The translations under genes and the position numbers were made by a program. This document shows positions 1-8,683 of a DNA stretch of 58,142 nucleotides, one piece after another. Every line of letters begins with the position of its first letter. The stretch's first letter is position 1. Location: positions 1 to 58,142 of IMG/VR virus record IMGVR_UViG_3300013129_000001, one strand, 5' to 3'. The DNA comes from a virus (taxonomy: Duplodnaviria; Caudoviricetes). The notes beneath the pieces were generated by a model that searched no databases, was not told the DNA's origin, and saw only the letters and a program-made list of their open reading frames with translations.

Positions 1-1
1 C

Positions 2-535
2 ACTACAACCACTACGACCACTGGAACAGGAACTACCACTACAACAACAACTACTACAACTCCGGCTCCTCTATCCATAGTACAAACTGTGCTATACGAA
101 GAAGGAGTTCCATCGGAAGTAAGCAATGCCAGCGACAGCTCTCAAACCAAAGAAAACACTTTCGCACAAGCCATGAATTATGGAACAATCGCTCCGGGAG
201 AAACATCTAAAACTATAGTTGTGTCGCTCAATGTTCCCCATGTTAAAGCCATAACCAATATCAAAATAGGGATGGTAGAAACCGGAGGCATTGAATTCTC
301 CGATGATATCTTTGGCGTCATAAGTTCTATAGAGCTTCGTGACGATATAACCCCAGATAATCATTTCTCGGGAGTTAATTCGGATCGATCTTCTACGAGC
401 CCCTATAACGTTTCTATCCCCAATAAAGATAATACCACTTCTGAGTACGTTTATCTCAATGTTACACTCCCAAGAAACCAAGTTATTGGCGAAGGAATTA
501 TCAGGTATAAGTGGTGGTTTGATTTTGCAGAATAG
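2..535 (+). CDS. 5'-truncated protein with Thr-rich linker and C-terminal beta-rich domain (possible virion surface protein)
   Basis: ORF 89..535 stays open in frame to the window edge, reading TTTTTTTGTGTTTTTTTTTTPAPLSIVQTVLYEE. The function is inferred only from the mucin-like linker. Confidence 0.6.
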   Translation, partial: TTTTTTTGTGTTTTTTTTTTPAPLSIVQTVLYEEGVPSEVSNASDSSQTKENTFAQAMNYGTIAPGETSKTIVVSLNVPHVKAITNIKIGMVETGGIEFSDDIFGVISSIELRDDITPDNHFSGVNSDRSSTSPYNVSIPNKDNTTSEYVYLNVTLPRNQVIGEGIIRYKWWFDFAE

Positions 536-573
536 AATTTGATTATTTGCCTTATTCCCCTATAATATCTTAT

Positions 574-598
574 AGGTTTTTTGCCGCCCAAAATAGAA
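574..598 (+). promoter_or_regulatory. AGG-N19-GAA (sigma-H-like) promoter upstream of cca and the NWYKKA array
   Basis: AGGTTTT at 574 and GAAAT at 596, the same spacing as 11 other intergenic copies. Confidence 0.6.
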
Positions 599-608
599 AT
601 ATATACTT

Positions 609-2615
609 ATGCAAATTGACACCAATATAACGCAAAATTTGACTCCCGATGAGCAAGAAATCTTTGCCGTCATTAGAGATGTCATTCGGAAATATACGCC
701 GTCAACACAAGCTTTTGCCGTTGGTGGGTGGACAAGGGATAAGTTGATTGGAATACCCTCTGACGATCTTGACGTAATGCTTAGTAATATCAGCGGAGAA
801 GACTTTGCCCGAATGGTAACAAAACATATGGGCATTAAAGACGCTCATACCATACAAAGCAACCCCGAAAAATCCAAACACATCACGACTTCAAAAGCAT
901 ACATACCCTTATCTTCTGGGAAAATTCAAGAAGTAGATTTTGCCCAAGCCAGAGCAGAGGTTTACAAAGAAGATTCAAGAATACCCGATATAAGACCGGC
1001 TACACCACAAGAAGATGCCACTAGGCGTGACCTCACTATTAACTCTCTCTTCTATAACATCAACACCGGTCAGTTAGAAGACTTTACTGGCATGGGCATA
1101 AAAGATTTACTAACTAACACAATTAGAACTCCGGCCGATCCTCTCAAGACATTTTCAGACGATCCGCTTCGAATTTTTCGTTGCATTAGATTTGCAGCAA
1201 AATATAATGGACAGATAGATCCAGAGACATACAAAGCAATGACAGACCCATCGCTTAGAAATGACATAAAGCAGAAAATATCCAAGGAACGTATTGGGCA
1301 AGAATTTATCAAGATGCTCAAAAACCCCAATGCCAATATAGCCATTCAATTACTCAAGGACACTGGGCTACTAGAAGATGTCATCTCTGGAGCAGTTAAA
1401 GGAACTCCATATGAGGGGAAAATGGCAGAATTCGGAATGAGCCAAGAGAATCCCAATCACAAATTAACTCTTTGGGCTCATACCATGGAAGTAGTCAAGG
1501 GTGTTATGGAGGGATACAAAGAGGCAGAACCCGAAAAAAGAGTTACCATGATTCTCGCAGCTCTCATGCACGATATTGGCAAACTGTACCAAGAAATATG
1601 GGCAGAAAGCAAAAGCCATCCGGGACATCGTTCCTACTACGGCCATGAGGACGAAAGCGCCAAATTAGTAGAACTTATTTTGAAATACCTAAAAATGGAA
1701 CCCTATATTCAACAGGTATCCAATTTGGCTAAATATCACATGAGGCCTCATCAGTTTATCAGGGATGAGGGGGGACAAAGAGCACTAAGAAAGTTTATAC
1801 GTCAAATGGGTGAGCAATCTCTCAATTGGTTGGACGTATTTAATATTGCCGTTTCAGATGCCTATGCGAAAGATGTCATCAAAGATCCGCGCATAACCCA
1901 AGACTATCAAGAACTAGAAAAGAAACTTCAAGAGGCACTAATATCACTTTCTCCCGCCCCCGACAAGCCTGAACTAAAACCCATTTTGAACGGCAATGAA
2001 ATTATGAGCGTATTAGGAATTAAGCCTAGTCCTGCCGTCAAAATGATTCTGGAATTTGTCAAAGAGCTTAGAGACGAGAACCCTAATATTACCAAAGAAG
2101 AAGCGATCCAAAAGGTTAAAGAAAATTACAAGAATATTACTCCCCAAAAACAAGCCAGTAAAATAGGTGGAGAACCTTCCTCATTATGTCCCATGCATCT
2201 TCTCAAGGGCAAACTAGATGAGATCAATAGATTGTTTGATGAAGAAAAGTATTATGAAATTCTGACCATAATCAATCAAATGAAAAATGAATACGGCAAT
2301 GATGAAAATGTCATTCGTCTATTGGCAGTGACAAACTTTAAGTTACTACTCAAGGGCGAGAAATACAGGCATAATGAGATGTTGCAATTCGTTTTAGATA
2401 AAGCCGAACGTAACTTTTTTGACGGAATTCTTTGCTCATATGCTGTTGGAATTTTACTACTGATAGAAACCAGCACGAAAGACGAGGTTATAGAGGAAAT
2501 TGGCTCAAGAATGGCGAAAATGTCTCCGGGAACACTAAGAAATATTCTTGAGTCTCTGCCTGCAAACATTTTCCGTCCCAATCTTAAGCATGAACTTGAA
2601 AAGAAGATAAAATGA
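609..2615 (+). CDS. cca: Class II CCA-adding tRNA nucleotidyltransferase with HD domain and C-terminal helical extension
   Basis: Motifs VGGWTRD..DDLD, RRDLTINSL, DDPLRIFR and KISKERI. The HD domain shows H..LMHDIGK..GHE. An extra ~150 aa follows KQAS. Confidence 0.9.
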   Translation: MQIDTNITQNLTPDEQEIFAVIRDVIRKYTPSTQAFAVGGWTRDKLIGIPSDDLDVMLSNISGEDFARMVTKHMGIKDAHTIQSNPEKSKHITTSKAYIPLSSGKIQEVDFAQARAEVYKEDSRIPDIRPATPQEDATRRDLTINSLFYNINTGQLEDFTGMGIKDLLTNTIRTPADPLKTFSDDPLRIFRCIRFAAKYNGQIDPETYKAMTDPSLRNDIKQKISKERIGQEFIKMLKNPNANIAIQLLKDTGLLEDVISGAVKGTPYEGKMAEFGMSQENPNHKLTLWAHTMEVVKGVMEGYKEAEPEKRVTMILAALMHDIGKLYQEIWAESKSHPGHRSYYGHEDESAKLVELILKYLKMEPYIQQVSNLAKYHMRPHQFIRDEGGQRALRKFIRQMGEQSLNWLDVFNIAVSDAYAKDVIKDPRITQDYQELEKKLQEALISLSPAPDKPELKPILNGNEIMSVLGIKPSPAVKMILEFVKELRDENPNITKEEAIQKVKENYKNITPQKQASKIGGEPSSLCPMHLLKGKLDEINRLFDEEKYYEILTIINQMKNEYGNDENVIRLLAVTNFKLLLKGEKYRHNEMLQFVLDKAERNFFDGILCSYAVGILLLIETSTKDEVIEEIGSRMAKMSPGTLRNILESLPANIFRPNLKHELEKKIK

Positions 2616-4600
2616 GCGACAAAAAACAAAAATCTGACAAAGCAATGAGCAATTTCTCCATATGGCTTCACACTCAGCTGGTCAAGGAAACGAATAATTT
2701 CCAAATTGAGTCGCCTCTTTTCCCAGCGCAGATAGATATGATTGCGGATTGGTTTGAAGCAACTAGTTCAACATTGCTCAACCCAGATCTAGAAAAATTG
2801 AGCCTATTAAATGCCTACGAAATGGCACTGCAATGGCAAAAACAACAATTATCCAAACAATACAAAACAAATGATGTAGTCTACCAATGGAAAGATAAAT
2901 GGAAAATAGTCAGATTGCCATTATCCTCCTTCTCTAGTAAAACTCCTGCCAAAGAACATATCACCGATTTGGAAATAGAACGAGAAATAATGTCTACAGA
3001 TGAGGCACAGGAAGAGTTCATCAAATCATATGGCAAAGAGGATTCATTTTTTGCAGGAGAAAGAACTGGAGAAGATTCAAAAGGCAAAATCTTTTATTCC
3101 CTGAGAGATCCGTCCAATATCCCCAAGGCCACAATGGAATTAGGTACATCAGAAAAAGATCCATCCAAACTATATGTTGTTGAGGTTTTCTCTTCCGATC
3201 CGCTAGATAACGACGGAATGCACCTTTATAGAAATAGAATAAAGGAATTCTTCAACTATCTAAAAAATGAGGGATACCGGTTTCTGCCAGTAGAAGCTCC
3301 AGATACAAATAAAGTCAAACCTCAGGATTTAGACGAGATAGAATGCGACGATCAATTTGGAATGCCGTATGAATTTTGGGGAATAGGTGGAAGTTCAGAA
3401 CAATATTTTGACAGCGTACAAGAAGCCTATCAGTCGGGATGGTCAGGAGCATATTGGTATGAAAGTGCAGCTAAAAATGTATTGGATGATTTAATAACAT
3501 ATGCCCAAGACAGAGATGAGTTGGATTTATTGCAAAGTGCCTTCGAAGGATTCTCTGTTGAAACAAAAGATAAATATGGAAAATCCGTTACTGTACATAA
3601 GGGGTTTAATGATTTGGCATGGCAATGGTGGATAGAGCAAGAAGACTATATAACATGGGAACATGAAAATCCCGACGATCCTCCGGATGAAGAAGACTTT
3701 ACGACTAAACCAGACCCAAACCAGCAATCTCTTCCCGGCATACCACCGCCAGTTCCAGTGCTTGATAAAAAAGCATATGATGAAGCAATGAAGGCATATG
3801 ATGAAGCACTGAAGGCGTATGAAAAAGAAAGAGGAGAAAGAGAAGAAGAATTTGAAGCCTATAAGTTTGAAAACTATGCCTATAACGAAATAGAAAAAGC
3901 TAAAAAAGACTTGGAATCAAAAAGAAAATCAAAAAAACGAACGGTAGCCTGCATGAAAACACATATACATAAAATTGCCGACAAAAAGACAGAGCATATG
4001 CCAGACGGTGAAGCCTTGGCACTCTATGTACAAACGCTCAAACAGTATCTTAAGGACAATCCAAATATTTGCGACGAATGGAAAGATCTGATTTCCAAGA
4101 TGCCGGCACCACGAAAAGTAAGACAAGATTTTTCTCTTCAGGAATGCAAGATACTTTATGAGTCTCTCGAATATTTGTGGGAAAAAATAACTGGCGAGAG
4201 AATTATACCAGAAAAAGAAATCATCCTAGCACCAGAAAGTCTAACCGGCAACTATTGGATGTTGAATAATGGCGTTCTCCTTAGCGGCGTCAATCATTAT
4301 ACCATTATCAAACAGAATACCAATCTCATATGCTCTTTATTGGGTATTGGAGGAATGACACTTCAAGAATACTTATGTTCTCGTCCCAATAAGCTTATAG
4401 CTTACATCATACGGAATGGTGGAGTTAGATTATTCATCACCCAAGACAAGAGACTCTATGCCCAAATGAATCCTAAAACCTATGGGGATTGGGGGAGAAA
4501 CAAAATAAGAAAACTAGACTTTCCTCTTAAGGCTGTAAAACTCATTGACATCAAGGCTCCCTATGAAGGATGGGCATCAGGGATAACAGTCAAATTATGA
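2612..4600 (+). CDS. Multidomain hypothetical protein with a PcfJ-like segment
   Basis: 662-aa ORF with ATGA overlaps at both ends. FYSLRDPSNIPKATMEL resembles PcfJ-like domains. Contains a YDEAMKA/YDEALKA heptad repeat and a separate C-terminal domain after KIAD. Confidence 0.65.
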   Translation: MSDKKQKSDKAMSNFSIWLHTQLVKETNNFQIESPLFPAQIDMIADWFEATSSTLLNPDLEKLSLLNAYEMALQWQKQQLSKQYKTNDVVYQWKDKWKIVRLPLSSFSSKTPAKEHITDLEIEREIMSTDEAQEEFIKSYGKEDSFFAGERTGEDSKGKIFYSLRDPSNIPKATMELGTSEKDPSKLYVVEVFSSDPLDNDGMHLYRNRIKEFFNYLKNEGYRFLPVEAPDTNKVKPQDLDEIECDDQFGMPYEFWGIGGSSEQYFDSVQEAYQSGWSGAYWYESAAKNVLDDLITYAQDRDELDLLQSAFEGFSVETKDKYGKSVTVHKGFNDLAWQWWIEQEDYITWEHENPDDPPDEEDFTTKPDPNQQSLPGIPPPVPVLDKKAYDEAMKAYDEALKAYEKERGEREEEFEAYKFENYAYNEIEKAKKDLESKRKSKKRTVACMKTHIHKIADKKTEHMPDGEALALYVQTLKQYLKDNPNICDEWKDLISKMPAPRKVRQDFSLQECKILYESLEYLWEKITGERIIPEKEIILAPESLTGNYWMLNNGVLLSGVNHYTIIKQNTNLICSLLGIGGMTLQEYLCSRPNKLIAYIIRNGGVRLFITQDKRLYAQMNPKTYGDWGRNKIRKLDFPLKAVKLIDIKAPYEGWASGITVKL

Positions 4601-5253
4601 ACTGGTACAAAAAGGCACAAAGCAAACAGAATTTCAACGTATGGCTGTCTAACCAAATACAACAGCTAACGGAGAACTTTTCCAAGGGCATGGGACACTA
4701 CGAATACTATATACCCAAAATAGAAGAATGGGTGAAAGATACAAATCCCAATCTGGATGACTTTGATTTTAATAAGGCGGCAGCATCAGCATTGGCTCAT
4801 GAACATAAGGAGTATCAAGATTGGTCACCAGAACAAATTAAAAGGAATATGAACCGATTCCGATTTAAAAGCCAACGAATAAACCCCGATGCTCCCAACT
4901 TTGCAGTGGATATCAGAGATAAATCAATAAAAATACCTCAGCGATCTAGAAAAACCATAAATGACGCTCTATATGATTTGGGTAACTATCATACCGAAAT
5001 TCCGTTACAAAGCATATTTGATATTTGTAGAAAAGAAAATGTAATAGCCATACAAGAAGATGGGACACCGTGGAGTGGATTCCTAACAGGCGGTGCAGAA
5101 TGTGGATCGGAAAAAGCAAAAAATCAAAACGCAAAATTCGATCTAGCTATACAAGGTGTTGATGGAGAATATGTTCCGGCTGAAAATATGATTATTCTGA
5201 ACTGGTGTAAAATGCAAAGCGGAAAATACGAAATAGTCTGTTATGTGAGTTAA
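4597..5253 (+). CDS. MNWYKKA-leader hypothetical protein
   Basis: Start re-called to ATG 4597 (ATGA overlap with the upstream stop); begins MNWYKKAQ. Confidence 0.8.
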   Translation: MNWYKKAQSKQNFNVWLSNQIQQLTENFSKGMGHYEYYIPKIEEWVKDTNPNLDDFDFNKAAASALAHEHKEYQDWSPEQIKRNMNRFRFKSQRINPDAPNFAVDIRDKSIKIPQRSRKTINDALYDLGNYHTEIPLQSIFDICRKENVIAIQEDGTPWSGFLTGGAECGSEKAKNQNAKFDLAIQGVDGEYVPAENMIILNWCKMQSGKYEIVCYVS

Positions 5254-5256
5254 GAT

Positions 5257-5523
5257 GTGAACTGGTATAAAAGAGCAAAGACAGATATTCTAGATTGCGA
5301 TGATTGCAGTAAGTCCACAATCTACGAAGGCTATATGCTCAAGGATGAAATATGGGATTCCGTGGCAGATAGGAATACAAATCTGTGCGTAGACTGTATT
5401 GAGAAGAGACTAAAACGCAAACTGACAAAAGACGATTTTCAGCCAATAGGATTCAATTTTTGGGAAGACATGAGGAAGTTCAAAAGCCCACAATTACTTA
5501 ATCGAATGGGAATAGTAAAATGA
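5257..5523 (+). CDS. NWYKRA-leader small zinc-finger-like protein
   Basis: GTG start; two CxxC pairs (CDDC, CVDC). Confidence 0.75.
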   Translation: MNWYKRAKTDILDCDDCSKSTIYEGYMLKDEIWDSVADRNTNLCVDCIEKRLKRKLTKDDFQPIGFNFWEDMRKFKSPQLLNRMGIVK

Positions 5524-5876
5524 ACTGGTATAGAAGAGCACAATATCAAATACATCTTTGGCTGGATGACGAAAGAGATCCCAAAGACCCCAAAATACAA
5601 AAAGATTTTGGAGCCAAGGGAGATGAACTCTGGGTCAAAACAGTAGAAGAGGCTATCCCCCATATAGAAAGTGGAGGGGTAACTTCTATCTCATTTGATA
5701 ACGACTTAGGAGAGGGTCTGAAAGAAGGGCGTCACTTGGCCGAATGGATAGAATCAATGGCATATCATAAGAAAATACCACAAATGCAATGGACTGTACA
5801 TAGTAAAAATTATCCAGCCAGTATGAGCATTATAATGGCAATGAAAAATGCAGATAAATACTGGAATGAAAAATGA
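5520..5876 (+). CDS. MNWYRRA-leader cyclic-phosphate-processing receiver-like domain protein
   Basis: LWLDDERDP...WVKTVEEA...ISFDNDLG...G..LAEWI...VHSKN matches the receiver-fold family associated with RNA repair genes. Confidence 0.7.
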   Translation: MNWYRRAQYQIHLWLDDERDPKDPKIQKDFGAKGDELWVKTVEEAIPHIESGGVTSISFDNDLGEGLKEGRHLAEWIESMAYHKKIPQMQWTVHSKNYPASMSIIMAMKNADKYWNEK

Positions 5877-6676
5877 ATATCCTGAAAACCAACTGGTATA
5901 AAAAAGCATCCAGAACCATCAAAGAACATGTTAGGGATGTTGTAGATGCGGACATGGATAGCCCCATATTCATAACGGAAAAATATGAAATCATTGATGG
6001 GGCTCACAGAACTTGCAAGGCATTTTTAACTGGACAGACCGTAGAGGCAATCATTTTATCGCAGAATGACATCAATAAAGCACTTCTGCCTGACGACTCT
6101 AAGTATGTTGGGCAAATATACAGAGATGATCAAAAGGATGAATACTCTGTCACAAAACTCTTGGAACTCTACGGCAATAAAAAAACAGTAACAATGCAAC
6201 CCGAAATTATCATTAAGCAATCTCAAGATGTATGGGGTAAAAAAGTAGACATCTATGAAATAATGGCAATGGCGAAAAAGAGAATGGAACAATCCAAAAA
6301 AGCCCGTCAAAAAGCAAAATTCCCATTCTCATTAGATATCCTTTGGCAGGAAATATCTAGACACTTTTCCAGTATCAATACCAAAACATCTCTACCTAAA
6401 AAAATTGGCTCTATCAATAATATATCCATTCGTCTGGTCGACGGGGACAAAATTAAGAAGACAAAAAATATGGATTTCGTAGAGGGAGGACATGATCGTG
6501 CTTGGGACTTTATACCCAAAAATGAAATATGGGTTGATGCCTCTATGGATAACGCAAATATCCTGCATATCATCTACCATGAATATATAGAGCGATACCT
6601 GATGAAAACCTACAATATGGCATACGATGACGCCCATGACATAGCCAATGACAAAGAAAAAGAGAGAATCAAATGA
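5873..6676 (+). CDS. NWYKKA-leader protein with ParB/Srx-like N-terminal domain and zincin-like C-terminal domain
   Basis: PIFIT..EIIDGAHR is ParB-like. The C-terminal part has DFVEGGH..EIWVD..YHEYIERYLM..YDDAH. Confidence 0.65.
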   Translation: MNILKTNWYKKASRTIKEHVRDVVDADMDSPIFITEKYEIIDGAHRTCKAFLTGQTVEAIILSQNDINKALLPDDSKYVGQIYRDDQKDEYSVTKLLELYGNKKTVTMQPEIIIKQSQDVWGKKVDIYEIMAMAKKRMEQSKKARQKAKFPFSLDILWQEISRHFSSINTKTSLPKKIGSINNISIRLVDGDKIKKTKNMDFVEGGHDRAWDFIPKNEIWVDASMDNANILHIIYHEYIERYLMKTYNMAYDDAHDIANDKEKERIK

Positions 6677-7338
6677 ACTGGTATAAGAAAGCCACTCTTA
6701 AAATAGCAAAGCATGTATCTGAAACCTCCCATACATGTCTTTACTGCGATTCTATTTTGTCCCCTGTTGGATTTGAAAGAAATGGACGCCATCATTTTCC
6801 TTGGGGTATAACCTACAAATGTACTTGCGGTAAATCGGGAGTGTGGACAAATTCAATACGAGGACCAAAAGAATTTATGGATGTAGTTTTTGGGAATGTA
6901 CCACCAGAAAATGATACGTCATGGGAAGGCTTTTGCAATGACCCCTTCTGTCCCTTCTGTTTTCAGTATATAATGGTTCTTAAAAACGGCGTATATATGA
7001 CAGTTGATAAGAAGCCGGTTGCCATTGTCGGAAAAGATAATAAGTGGTTCTTGCATGAGATAACTAACCTAGACTTATATCTTGCCGAATACAATCAAGG
7101 CACAGAATCATCAAGGTCATACAATGCTAAGTTTATGGGCAAAAGGGTCAATCGTGATACGGTTTCCAGATCGGTTGACGTTTATGGTTGTCGCTCCCTG
7201 AAACACAACATGGGAATACTCAAGAATTCAAGTTTAGAATATGGCGAAGGCGAATACAAGCCCATCTACGAATGGATAATTAAAAACAAAGCCAAAATAC
7301 CAACTGCCATGATTGACGAACTTAAGAGCGAGATCTAA
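6673..7338 (+). CDS. MNWYKKA-leader Cys-rich hypothetical protein
   Basis: Contains CLYC, CTC and CPFC motifs; ATGA-coupled to the upstream gene. Confidence 0.75.
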   Translation: MNWYKKATLKIAKHVSETSHTCLYCDSILSPVGFERNGRHHFPWGITYKCTCGKSGVWTNSIRGPKEFMDVVFGNVPPENDTSWEGFCNDPFCPFCFQYIMVLKNGVYMTVDKKPVAIVGKDNKWFLHEITNLDLYLAEYNQGTESSRSYNAKFMGKRVNRDTVSRSVDVYGCRSLKHNMGILKNSSLEYGEGEYKPIYEWIIKNKAKIPTAMIDELKSEI

Positions 7339-7340
7339 TA

Positions 7341-7661
7341 ATGAACTGGTATAAAAAAGCACAGAATAATGAGCCATACGTGGATTTGTTTTCAAAAGAA
7401 TTCGAAGAAGAACATAATAAACGAATGCAAAAAGTCTATGAGAAAACAATAGAATATCAAAATCAATTGGCTAAAGAGAGCAATATCTTTAGGAAAATAT
7501 TAGAAAGCGAAAGAAAGGGGAAAACTATAAAAGAATGGTATGAAAGCACAAACAATCCAAAATCTAAAACCAGAAATGCCCTTCTTAGTCGTCATATATA
7601 TAAAACTACAAACGAATGGGAAAATGACCTGAAAACTAACCCATTCTATCAAGTGAAATAA
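7341..7661 (+). CDS. MNWYKKA-leader hypothetical protein
   Basis: 106-aa ORF beginning MNWYKKAQ, tightly packed with its neighbours. Confidence 0.75.
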   Translation: MNWYKKAQNNEPYVDLFSKEFEEEHNKRMQKVYEKTIEYQNQLAKESNIFRKILESERKGKTIKEWYESTNNPKSKTRNALLSRHIYKTTNEWENDLKTNPFYQVK

Positions 7662-7662
7662 T

Positions 7663-8010
7663 ATGAACTGGTATAAAAAAGCAAAAGCAGAAACACTATG
7701 GCATCTCTCTAACCAAAAATTTGATGCCTTTGACCCCTACATGACTGCTCAAGGTATCATATGGTTTTCAAAAGATAAAAATGACCTGTTGCAAAATTTA
7801 CACGGAGCATCTATTAACAAAAACAAACCCGTCTACCTATATGAATGCAAGGTCAATATGATAAAAACAGCTGGATGGGACGAATACGATAAATACGGAA
7901 TATCACAATTAAGATCTATGGGATTTGATTCTATTAACCTAGATGACGATGTTGCCGTACTGAATGTTAAGAATATAACCATATCTAACCTCCAAGAAGT
8001 AATAATATGA
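7663..8010 (+). CDS. MNWYKKA-leader ADP-ribosyltransferase-fold-like protein
   Basis: Pattern LWH..FDAFD..G.IWFS..VYLYE..L..MGFDSI..VAVL resembles the small ART domains of polyvalent phage proteins. Confidence 0.5.
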   Translation: MNWYKKAKAETLWHLSNQKFDAFDPYMTAQGIIWFSKDKNDLLQNLHGASINKNKPVYLYECKVNMIKTAGWDEYDKYGISQLRSMGFDSINLDDDVAVLNVKNITISNLQEVII

Positions 8011-8213
8011 ACTGGTATAAAAAAGCTACAGACATCAAGAACTTCCTATGTATTGTATATGACCCAATAACCAGCATAACACTACAAGAATATACTGTCG
8101 AAGCAGCAGACTTCTATTACGCCAGCCATATAGCCGCTAATAAATTTGAAAAAGAACAACCCACCCTGTCTAAAGAACATCCTAATTGGAAAGTGGATTA
8201 TCTAGAACTATGA
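8007..8213 (+). CDS. MNWYKKA-leader small hypothetical protein
   Basis: 68 aa with ATGA overlaps on both sides. Confidence 0.7.
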   Translation: MNWYKKATDIKNFLCIVYDPITSITLQEYTVEAADFYYASHIAANKFEKEQPTLSKEHPNWKVDYLEL

Positions 8214-8683
8214 ACTGGTATAAAAAAGCACAGAATAAGAAAACCCTTTATATCATGAGGGGCATTGCTGGATCTGGCAAAAGCACCCTAGCCAATGAAC
8301 TAGGACAAAATGGCATAGTCCTTGGTTCTGATGATTTTTTCATGGTTAACGGCAAATACGAATTCGATCCTGATGCCCTTGATTATGCTCACTGGTGGAA
8401 TCAAGGCAGAGTAAAAGAAGCAATGAAAAAAGGCATATCACCAATAGTAGCAGATAATACCAATACTCAGGCATGGGAAATGAAGCCCTATGTTCTTCTG
8501 GCTCAAAAATACAATTACGACGTACAAATCAGGGAGCCTAATACGCCTTGGAAATTTGACGTAGAAGAATTAGCCAAGAGAAATACCCACGGAGTTCCCA
8601 AGGATATCATAGAAAAAATGATACAAAAGTGGGAGCCAGATGTTACCCTAGATGATATAATGAAATCGGAGAAACCTAAATGA
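8210..8683 (+). CDS. MNWYKKA-leader P-loop polynucleotide kinase (N4BP2/AAA_33-like)
   Basis: Start re-called to ATG 8210. Motifs YIMRGIAGSGKST, SDDFF, DNTN..WEMKPY and RNTHGVP. Confidence 0.85.
   Translation: MNWYKKAQNKKTLYIMRGIAGSGKSTLANELGQNGIVLGSDDFFMVNGKYEFDPDALDYAHWWNQGRVKEAMKKGISPIVADNTNTQAWEMKPYVLLAQKYNYDVQIREPNTPWKFDVEELAKRNTHGVPKDIIEKMIQKWEPDVTLDDIMKSEKPK

Noticed and set aside
4597-8230. Repeated 20-mer as a CRISPR array or integron attC sites
   Set aside because: The intervals are whole genes of about 200-800 nt, the repeats are coding and non-palindromic, and no cas or integrase gene is present.
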